Shown here piece after piece: positions 53,849 through 64,000 of a stretch of 64,000 nucleotides of DNA. The stretch lies in NCBI RefSeq assembly GCF_006345805.1, contig NC_043000.1, positions 129,766,001 through 129,830,000 on the forward strand. The letters are read 5' to 3'. Under the pieces are notes generated by a model, which saw only the letters and a list, made by a program, of their open reading frames with translations, was not told the origin of the DNA and did no database searches. How positions within the stretch are numbered: the first letter of the stretch is position 1; every line of letters starts with the position of its first letter. A program made the translations under genes and the position numbers. This DNA comes from Octopus sinensis (taxonomy: Eukaryota).

Positions 53849-54244
53849 GGCGGCGAGCTGGCAGAATCGTTAGCACGCCGGACGAAATGCATAGCTGTAT
53901 TTCGTCTGCTGCTACGTTCTCAGTTCAAATTCTGCCGAGGTCGACTTAGCCTTTCATCCTTTCAGGGTCGATTAAATAAGTACCAGTTACGGATTGGGGT
54001 CGATATAATCGACTTAATCCGTTTGTCTGTCCTTGTTTGTCCTCTGTGTGTTCAGCCCCTTGTGGGTAGTAAAGAAATAGGTATTTCGTCTGCCGTAATG
54101 TTCTGAGTTCAAATTCCGCGAGGTCGACTTTGCTTTTCTTCCTTTCGGGGTCGATAAATTAAGTAGCAGTTGCGTACTGGGGTCGATCTAATCTACTGGC
54201 CCCCTCCCATCAAAATTTCGGGCCTTGTGCCTATAGTAGAAAAG
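53849..54244 (+). mobile_element. SINE family A, dimeric, with a perfect 16-bp TSD
   Basis: TSD GATATTTCACTCAATT at 53830-53845 and 54245-54260. Confidence 0.93.
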
Positions 54245-56267
54245 GATATTTCACTCAATTCTACGATGAAATTTTATGCAAATTGACCGCTCTAAGAAGT
54301 CTGAGTGTTCTTAGAACGGTTAGCAGATGTATCGTTAGCTTGTTTCAAACAGCTCGAATCCTGTCTCTTTGTAGATAACTCGAAAGAAACCTAATGTTTT
54401 TATCATTCCATTTGAATATATCATTTCATATACATTGGAATTTTCATTTGTTTTCCAACGATTGAATTGTATATGGTAAAATTACTTATTCATAATCAAA
54501 TCCATAAGATACACTTGAGCGGTGCCTCTCCAGTTTGCGCATGCGCATGTGTACATTGAAATATGTACAAGATATTTCTTTAATACTTCAAAATTTACTC
54601 AAGTATAAAAGCAATATCATATTTTTTCACATCATAAATATAGATGTGCAGAGTCGATCATAACAAATCCTGTCATTTCTTTCTATTTTGTTGTAAAACG
54701 ATTTATTAAACAGAAAAATAATTTACTTGTTTATATACATGATAGGGAGAAAATCCCGGGATTTAATGAGTGTATGGGATATAGGTAAAACACGTACTAC
54801 ACATTGGCTAAGATTCAAAACAACCTCCATATCAGATGTGTGTTTGCATAAATATCCCAATGGGGAGTTTGCACTTTGGTTTAAGGTAACTAATACAGGA
54901 ATCTTTATATTAAGAGTTTTGTGGTTTGCATCATACTGACTTCGAATTTATACTTTCTCTGGTCTGAGTATTCTCATCTATCGTGTATCGCTTAGTTCAA
55001 AATTGAAACCACGCTTTCCCCGCCTGATTCTGCATTAATCAGGCGATGTAATATGAAGAAAAAAAGAATTCAAATTAATTTGGAGTGATCAACCTAGACA
55101 AATATTATACAGTGAACTTTGTGATTATATAAGTTTGTATCAGGTCGCTCATGAGAAATATGACGTTTGAGGAGAGACACTTCATCTGAGGAGAAATATA
55201 TTTCAATTAAGAGGGTTAGATGGCATTTAAGATATATAAATAAGAGAATGTAAGGAGATGCAGGTAAATAATATATAAATTAAGTGTTGCTAAAGGGAAA
55301 AAGCAATTAACAAATTAATTATTTGTAATGTCAACACAAAGGTTAGTGTCTTTGTCTGTGTATGTCTCCACGTGTTTGAGGCTGACTGTGGGCTTTTAGA
55401 TGTGTGTATATGAGTGCTGTGTACGTCTGTATATGTTTCTCTGTGCATGTGTTTGTGTGTATGCATGCACACGAGCGCATGTGTGTGTGTGTGTGTGTGT
55501 ATGTGTGTGTGTGTGTGAGCAGAAACTATAAATACAATGATATGGGTTTGTGCAGAAACTACAAATGCAATGAAATGGGTTTGTAGCTTGAAATCGTCGG
55601 ACGTAGCTGATCAAAGCTTGTTTGTATAGGTGTGTGTGATTATGTATATGCGTCTATGTATCTATATGTGTGCCAGTATGTGTATGCCTGTGTGTGTGTG
55701 TGTGTGTGTGTGTGTGGGCGCACCTGTATGTGTATGTGCACGTGTGGTGGTGCTTGTGTGGGAACGACGAAAATAATTGCATGATTGTGCAGGTGAATCG
55801 AAAATATATAAGCTTAAAATACCAAATCTGCGTATATGTGTTGAAATACCTAAGCTATTTCGAGCTATAACACTGGTGTGTCGAATATACCACAGATATA
55901 ATGATTTAAATATAAAGAAGGGTGCAATACTTTTATTAAAAAATTAATTCAAATTTCATTTTGTTATTTAAATGAAATGTAAATTTTACTAGTGAGTTTT
56001 GAATCAATAAGAATAGAGAGAAAATTACAAAGGGGCAACTAATGAAAAAATAACTGTACATTTTGTTGGTTGTTCCACCGATTCAGTCAGTCACAAACTA
56101 CTGTGCATTCATATTTCAATTAGAATGTTCCAAACCAGCAAAATATTCTGGGTAATGCAGCAATGCCACAAATTCTGAAAATCACCGTTGCCGACGAATT
56201 CAGACTTCACAAGCAATTGCGGATAATTTTATACACGCACACGCACACAAAAAACACACAAATAGTG

Positions 56268-56310
<43 letters not shown>

Positions 56311-56443
56311 GAGTGAGAGAGAGAGACAGAGAGACAGAATATTTGATGTTATTTAATCAAAATGGGATACAATAAATATTTATCCTTCACACACAGACAT
56401 ACACACAGACGAGCATGCGTATGTAAGTATGCATATACGTATG

Positions 56444-56489
<46 letters not shown>

Positions 56490-56548
56490 TATATTTATAT
56501 CTATGTGGGCGCGTGTGCGTACACACACACGTATATATATATATATAT

Positions 56549-56581
<33 letters not shown>

Positions 56582-56790
56582 CCAATGTATGTACATATAG
56601 AAAAAGATATACACAGTGTTATCTTATTTTGCATATCGACAGACTCGGTTTTAGCATATAGATATATTTTCCTTTGTTGCATAGAGATGTGATATTATAC
56701 AAAAGTTTTCCGCATTGAACACTGAGAGACAAAACAGATATACATGTAAGAGATAAGAAAGTAATAATAATAATACTCATAATAGGAAAA

Positions 56791-56844
<54 letters not shown>

Positions 56845-56899
56845 GTAATGTTATTTCTTTTATTTCCCACAGTACCTAAATATGATGCAAAACGTATCA

Positions 56900-58260
56900 C
56901 ACCAAGTTATTATATTATATGTGGGTTGGCACACATACAACGAACAGAGTAAATTAAAGTTAAAGCAGTAGACACTACACAGAAGAAAATTACAAATTTA
57001 CTAAAACTTTTAAGGGAAACTACAGTTACTAAGTGGCCGGAAGACACCATCTGTTTAGGGCAAGAATAGGCAACTGTTTTCGAGAAGCGAAGCGCACGAA
57101 ACATGGCTCAACGTCAAACAGGCTTCACTACTAAAAGACTCATAGTAACTTTTAATTATGCGTGTCGCCATTTGCTCATGATGGATTTAAGGTCAAAGCA
57201 GTCTACGGCTTCGATCACCTTCCTCTGAGCTTTGTGTATTTTTGACCAAAATTCGAAATAGCCCACATCCTCTAGAGAGCATCTGAATAATGCTGTATAG
57301 GCTACTAGGTTAGACACAAAGTTATCTCCGAGGAATTCTATAAAGAACACTAATATGGTTTTCTGTAATTTTGTTGATTGTGGTATTCGTCCATTTTCTG
57401 TATTTCGTTCATCCGATGCGTCCTTGTATCTTATTTCATTCTACTGCAAGTCCGCTAGGCCCTTTTAAAAACACAGAAACTTGCTAATAATTTCTTAACG
57501 TCATGCAATGTACTCAGGGGGAATTCAATTTATGAGGGACTTCCAGCTTCCTATTTGACTTTTGTGCACATTCGTTTCTTCTCTTACTGTCCCCTGATTG
57601 TCATTTCCGTGTTTTAGCCCTCTTCCGATCGCTGCAGTGGCGAGACGATGGCATGAAACTATTGCTCGGAGACATTGGATACCTTTGTACTGGGGAAATA
57701 AATCTCTCTTCCCCCAGGTTCTCAATACGTTACTAAGAAACAACCAGCAATGACATCAGCCATAGTTTTCGTCTACAGGAAAGACTGGCTGCTTTTGTCG
57801 AATGTCTTCGCTGCTGTTCATCATCACCTATATGTAATGTATATTTTTCTGAATCTAGAAAAATACCTTCAACTCACTGCTGCTATGCACCATCAGGTTG
57901 ACGTTTGACTATTTCCATTTCTCTCCCAGACGTGGGTACAGAGACGAGAAGACCTTGTGATTTTCGGTGTGCGACAAGACTAGGACACTCATATAGGAAC
58001 CATCTGACCACATGATGATGCTAGGCACACTCGTGCTCACCACCTCTCCATGTTCTACTGCAAGTATGACGAGAAGGCAAGAGACAACATCAGTATCAAT
58101 AATTGTGGCCGCAATCCTCGTATTCCATTCTCTCATGTATTGCAGCACCATTTTGGGGATAGGTGTACGTGCACAAGATCTGCTTGTCCTTTGGCTTGGT
58201 CCTCAGGTAAGAAGACGAAGCGCACGCTGCTATGTGTGCCGCCACAGTCGATAAAACACA
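56900..58260 (-). mobile_element. Possible highly degraded Tx1/L1-type LINE 3' region
   Basis: Only faint motifs (KGQADLVHVHLSP; CHR...LKHGN...EETNVH; QRKVIEAVDCF...SKW), in the expected order, followed by a T-rich 3'UTR-like stretch. Confidence 0.3.
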
Positions 58261-58395
58261 CACGGCTTTCTATTTATCCAACTACTCTTTGGAAAACGGA
58301 TGAACATCTGATCCACAACAGCATACAGAACATTAATGAAAATGAGGAACGATATTGGCAACTACAACGAAAAACAGCAACAACGACGCAACGAA

Positions 58396-58490
<95 letters not shown>

Positions 58491-58654
58491 GATATTAATA
58501 ATAATAATAAAACACTGACAAGCAAATATTTGCGGTAGTCCATATTTTACACCATGATAGAGATGTGAGGATGTTCAGCAGGAATTTTGAAAGTTGCACC
58601 AATTATAATTGAACTCTTAGACTGAATTCCTCATCCTTCAAATAAAGAAAAACA

Positions 58655-58698
58655 TGGTGTGGGGAGAAGCTTGCTCCCCAAACACACGGTCCCGGGTC

Positions 58699-58735
<37 letters not shown>

Positions 58736-59072
58736 TTTCTGTTTCTGCTTGTACCACCACCACCGCTTGACAACCAGTGTTGGTGTGTTTATGTCCCCGT
58801 AACTAAACAGGTCGACAGAGAGACCGATAGAATAAGTAGTAGGCTTTGAAAAAAAGGTCCTAACGTCGAACTGTTCGACAAAAACCCTTCAAGGCGTTGC
58901 TCCAGCTTGGCTGCAGTCAAATGACTGAAACAAATAAAGGAATGAAAAAAATTCTCTTGTATTCGAACTCAGACGCCCTTAATCTTTTATGGCTCTTCTA
59001 CTATAGCTCTGGGCCAACTAAAGCCTTGTGAGTGGATCTGGTACGGGGAAACTGAAGGAAACTCGTCGTATA
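58655..59072 (+). mobile_element. SINE family B, deleted or rearranged
   Basis: Head 58655-58700, tail to ~58945; the middle module TCTTCTACTATAGC...TCGTCGTATA lies downstream at 58994-59072. Confidence 0.75.
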
Positions 59073-59167
59073 TGTGCCTAGTGTACTGTTATTAGCCGTG
59101 TAATCATGATGGGTATATTGGGCATTGTATATTTTACCTCTATATCACGTAGATATTATTATTATTA

Positions 59168-59432
59168 TTCAGTAGTTTTATTTTTATAGCGTGCTTTCAC
59201 TACCGAGCGCGTGCCTTGGATATGTGCTGTGATTTGTTGTGATGCTCTGATGGTTACTGTATTGAAAGTGTTTTGTGTAGGATGTGTGCAGTGCCCAGTA
59301 GTGCAATTTTCTGTATGTTATATATATTTGGTAAGTCCTGGTGTTTTTGTTTGAATATTTTTTTATCATACCTAATGCGCCTAGTATGATAGGAATTGTT
59401 TCTGTTTTTAGATTCCACATTCGAGTTGCCTC
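59168..59432 (-). mobile_element. Dong/R4-like (restriction-like endonuclease) non-LTR 3' end between trinucleotide tracts
   Basis: RMWNLKTETIPIILGALGMIKK and NIQKIALLGTAHILHKTL; the 3' end runs into (TAA)n. Confidence 0.82.
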
Positions 59433-59440
59433 TATTTCTT

Positions 59441-59471
<31 letters not shown>

Positions 59472-59880
59472 TTATTATTATTATTATAAGCACCAAGTAA
59501 ATAACCAACTCGCTTTGTGATCATGAGTGCACCAATCCTCGCGTGTGCGTATGCTCACATTTTTGCTGATGCTTGTATGAGCGTGTGTACTCGTGCCATG
59601 CAGCTTGCCCGAGGGCGTTTATACATCCATATCTGTCAACGGTTATTTTCAATACTTTTCTCGCTGGATTACGTGTTCGTTTCTCTTTTTGTCATCTGCA
59701 ATTTTATTTTTGATCTTCTATATATAAGAAGATGTTTCCTCCTGTCTGTTTCTCTCTTTACAAAACGGAAAGTGACCTTGTGGGACAGTCATTTTAACGA
59801 GTTGTTTTTATTTATTTATTTATCAGCCTACGAGGTACATCTGCACCACCGGATGCCCCTGAACTAGTTGTTGAGTGTCC

Positions 59881-59936
59881 CATCCAAGAGGAATCGATGC
59901 TAGATGTGCCGAAACAATTGTCGTGATTAATAATAA
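59881..59936 (+). other. Decayed hammerhead remnant plus AATAAA before (TA)n (Penelope-like 3' end)
   Basis: ..AAGAGG AATC-gatgcta-GATGTGCC GAA ACAATTGT C GTGAT; palindromic stem III and GTC intact, CUGA core eroded. Confidence 0.45.
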
Positions 59937-59966
59937 ATTCCCGTACATTCCATCTTCTGTCTTTGT

Positions 59967-60077
<111 letters not shown>

Positions 60078-60104
60078 TAAAATAATAACAACCTTTAAAA
60101 ATAA

Positions 60105-60190
60105 ATCCTAGGGTAGATACATTCGATTAAGAATTCTTCAAGGCAGTGCCCCAGTATGGCCTGAGTCTAATGACTGAAACAAGTAATAGG
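60105..60190 (+). mobile_element. SINE family B 3' tail
   Basis: AAGGCAGTGCCCCAGTATGGCCTGAGTCTAATGACTGAAACAAGTAA. Confidence 0.7.
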
Positions 60191-60986
60191 TCATAGATAA
60201 AAGATACGATCTTGAAAGGTTGCAAGTCCAAATAGACATTATAAGGAATGTCAGCAATCTACCCGCTCTGGAAAACCTCATTTTCTTGGAAATTTTTACT
60301 TTTTAGGTAAGACCTTTTGTGAAGGCATATCAGTTAACATGAAACACATACGCGCGCGCGCACACAATAACCGATATTTTTTAATACAAACTTTGGAATG
60401 AAATAATAACAATAATAGTGATGATGATGATGCATACAATAGAGAAAGCCATAATGTGCTGAAGAAAAAGATAAGGACTAAACTTATATTGATATGAAAA
60501 TTCTAATAGCAAATTTCATCTAGAGCTGCGAATATAATTATATCAACACAAGCACATTAACTTGGAATAACTGCTTCTTACACAACGCTTGTACACATAT
60601 ACACACACTTCTATAACATAAACACAGGCAATACATGCACACATATGCATAAATACATTTGGGCACATGTATATGTTAATACATGTGTTACACGAATACA
60701 CTCACATACACGACGAAATCTGTACATGTGCACATAAATTACTACACATACTCACATGTATAACGGTGAATTCAGTAAGGCACCTTCATATAGCAAGCAT
60801 AAATTTATATATTTATATACATTCACAAATATTTATATATTAACATTAACGAAAATATATCTGCATATATGCAAATATATACATGAATACGAGGCGAAAC
60901 TGCATCTCTTATATTCACAAATATGCATACAACATTCTCACACACGTACACACACATACATACATGCATATATATACATACATGAA

Positions 60987-61024
<38 letters not shown>

Positions 61025-61167
61025 CACAAATGAAAGAGAGAGTGTTAAAAAAATCATTCCAATTGAATGGTGTACATCACCGAAATGAAGTTCAGAACTG
61101 CAGTAGACTTACCTGCAAAAGAGAAGAAAATAAAGAATTAAGGAAATGCAATTCATATACAGGAATT

Positions 61168-61198
<31 letters not shown>

Positions 61199-61351
61199 GT
61201 CTGTCTGTATGTATATGTAGGTGAGTGTGTATTTGTGTGTCTCACTGCGTGTATGAGCGCATGTAAAATGTGAGATCAAGAAATATCTAAAAGAAAGAAA
61301 AGATTTTAAAAAGTTTTATGAGTATAGTAATAATAGTACTAGCATAGAATA

Positions 61352-61386
61352 GGTTAACGTTTCGTACGGTAGTCCTTCTTCCGTAA
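61352..61386 (-). other. Decayed minimal hammerhead remnant
   Basis: rc CGGAAGA A GGAC-tacc-GTAC GAAACGTT AACC; core and stem II each have a mismatch. Confidence 0.4.
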
Positions 61387-61681
61387 GAGAAGTAGAGGTA
61401 GAGAATAATACCGAGAAAGTAAAATGTATAAAAATGTAAAACAATAATAACAATAAAATTAAAAATTAAAACACGACGAAACAAATTACTAAAAGGCAGA
61501 AGGAAGCAGCATTGTGAAGGTGATGTGACTGACACCACAAGGAAATCTGGTATTCTAACTCTTCATAGGCGGATTTATGAAGGTGCGAGCGTCTAGATGT
61601 ATGACACAGAATGTTTCTATGTTGAGAAGCAGGCATAAAAGAGAACAGTGTAAGCATGTGTGGTGGTCGTGTGTATATGTG

Positions 61682-62230
61682 TAATTTCTTTATTATCCAT
61701 ACGGATTAACACGGATGGGGACAATACAATGTTTGGGGTCAACATGGGACTTTTTACAATAAAATCGGGCGGGTTATTTACAATAATAATATTTACAATG
61801 AAAATTAAATAAGGACAAATAAACAAATGAAAATAAAAGAACAGGATAGCCGACCCCACGAGCCCTGTTATTTCAGCTGAAAACTTTTGGTAGGTGATCA
61901 TGGCGTGTTCATGCAGGGCCTTTCACACCCAGCATCCGAGCGACACGCATCCATCTTTTTTTGAATATAGACTCTGTCAGACACTCTTTCTCTAGCTCCA
62001 CCTTCCTCTTCAGATGGAATCTGAAGATGTTCGTTAGGGGGGTGCCAGAGGTCATGGTGTCTGACATTACACCTTTCACTCTGGTCTTCCATATAACCTC
62101 TTTCGCAACTGCTACTACCACGAGAAAGCAATGCTTACCTTCGTTCGTCATGAAACCAGGCGGGTCGTGTGTATATGTGTGTAATGTAGGAAGGAGGGAA
62201 TATAGCATCACCACACCCTTGCCTCCTGAG
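61682..62230 (-). mobile_element. Tx1/L1-clade LINE 3' end
   Basis: VAVAKEVIWKTR...FRFHLKRKVELEKECL...FKKRW, then a T-rich 3'UTR ending in AATAAA near 61688. Confidence 0.7.
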
Positions 62231-62429
62231 TTTCATTTTCCATACAGTATATGCGATTCTTTGTTTACTCATCTACTGTACACCACGTATTTTCTTTTAA
62301 TATATTTTAATTAATGTGTCATACTGTATTCTGCTCTATTATTATTTATTAATTTACTAATTTTTAGGCTTGAAAGTGCTTATATTACTACAGAAATAAT
62401 TAAAATATAAAAAAATATAAATACATGTC

Positions 62430-62550
62430 GGTCGCAGAAACCCGCAATATACTGAAGAGTCCGCAATATAAATTTACATATATTAGCCAGAAAAATCCGC
62501 AATGTATTGAGTGCGCGATAGTTGAAACTCGATTTGGCGATGGTTTACTG
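62430..62550 (-). mobile_element. pogo/Tigger-like MITE end
   Basis: rc TA|CAGTAAACCATCGCCAAATCGAGTTTCAACTATCGCG; internal CCGCAAT x3. Confidence 0.55.
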
Positions 62551-62556
62551 TACACA

Positions 62557-62613
<57 letters not shown>

Positions 62614-62844
62614 AACCACAGCGATATCCGTTTGGCAGCTGAATATGAAGATACATATTTGTTATGCTTATTTGTGGATTTTCATATCATTGTCTCGTTA
62701 TTCTAAATTCTCCTTCATTGTAGCAAAGTGGAAAGCGTTTGTAGTTTTAAGGTTTGGAGAGATAAGTTGCTGTGTCAATAGTTGTTTTTCTTTCGCTTAG
62801 ATAATGCATATATACTGGTGTCTAGCATCGGGCGGTTCTTTGGC

Positions 62845-62883
<39 letters not shown>

Positions 62884-62887
<4 letters not shown>

Positions 62888-63083
62888 ATCCAAACAAGAA
62901 AACACAACACTGCGAGGACGTGGAACAAATATAGTATTATTGGACGCTCAGGAAAGAAGGGAAGAAGGAGGGTTTAACGTTTCGAGCGGAGCTCTTCGTC
63001 AGAAACAGGAGAAAGAAAGATCCCGAGAAGGAAAGACAGAGGAAAAAAATCGCCAACGGTACACACGAGGTCACATTTTGAAA
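62884..63083 (-). mobile_element. Hammerhead-bearing Penelope-like terminal element in (TA)n
   Basis: Second copy of the 35353-35572 family with the same 3' junction (...GTTTGGATTAAC|(TA)n). Confidence 0.75.
62972..63006 (-). ncRNA. Minimal type I hammerhead ribozyme
   Basis: rc GTTT CTGACGA A GAGC-tcc-GCTC GAA ACGT T AAAC: intact core, stem I GTTT/AAAC, palindromic loopless stem III. Confidence 0.8.
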
Positions 63084-64000
63084 TACATATATATATGTAT
63101 GTATGTATGATAGAAAATCAATATTATTGATCTGTAATTGCTTCTCTATATGAAATATTAGCAATTTATAAAATTTATTACTCACAGGTTTATGTAATTG
63201 AATACATATTAGAGGCTTGTAAAGACAAGTGTCCACTGATATATATGTTTACGCCTATCTATCTATTTATCTATCTATTTATCTATCTATTATCTATCTA
63301 ACTATCTATCACTTGCGTGTCAGTCACATTCAGATTAAACACATGCATTAGAATATAATATAATTAAGAAAGTGAGCTTCGATAGTAAGACACATTCATG
63401 CAATACGAACTAAAATGGAAGTACTTTTACATGTACACACATTAGACTGGCACAAATAGACGCACGAATATACACACATGCACCACACCTCAAGAGAAAA
63501 ACATTAGCACAATACGGTACCGAGAAAAGTTTGCACACACCCAACAACAGAAAAGAACCCACAATGCTGTACACTCCCCAGCATCACAGAAGTGCAACAG
63601 GCGATACAGCAGAAATTAGCCTCAATGTTTGTGCGTGTATGTGTGTATGTGTTAGCATGAATTGTATACTTTATTATACATTGAAGTCCGGAGGACGTGT
63701 GACGTTTTGTCATTGTTATTAGTTGGTATGTGACATAAATACCTTTGAGTCTAGCCTGCAATGGCGTCGTAATCTTAGCTTGAATACTTGCTTAATCTAC
63801 GTTTCTTTCAATATATATTGCTAATATAAAAAGAAATTTTAGTTTCTAGTGATACATTCATAGACATTCACAGTCACAAATATATGTAAATTAGAATATT
63901 AATGCCTCTTTGATGTTTTGTTAGTCTTCATCCAGAAAAGAAAAAGATATATACAAATTCAAGTTTTGCAAAAAAAAAAAAAACAAAAAAAAATGAAAAA

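Overview
AT-rich, gene-poor animal genomic DNA dominated by (TA)n/(CA)n/(TATC)n/trinucleotide microsatellites and transposon debris. The SINE/LINE repertoire is the one I associate with Octopus (coleoid cephalopod); this is inference, not a search result. Almost all ORFs in the track are microsatellite artefacts. Recognisable content: two CR1/L2-type LINE remnants, RTE, Dong/R4-like and Tx1-like LINE ends, four or five tRNA-derived SINE families, several Tc1/mariner remnants and MITEs, and at most two tentative host exons. The best find is at 44099-44705: a ~364-nt, terminally redundant, highly base-paired unit inside a (TA)n tract. It carries an intact-looking type I hammerhead ribozyme with a compensatory U3-A8 core and an identical 127-bp inverted copy, so it looks like a retrozyme or a non-autonomous RNA mobilised by a Penelope-like element. 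One more intact and several decayed minimal hammerheads of other families are scattered across the window, several next to (TA)n. Also notable are a covarying 3' stem-loop shared by LINEs and a SINE, and recurrent local inverted duplications at (TA)n tracts. Coordinates were read by eye and may be off by a few bases.
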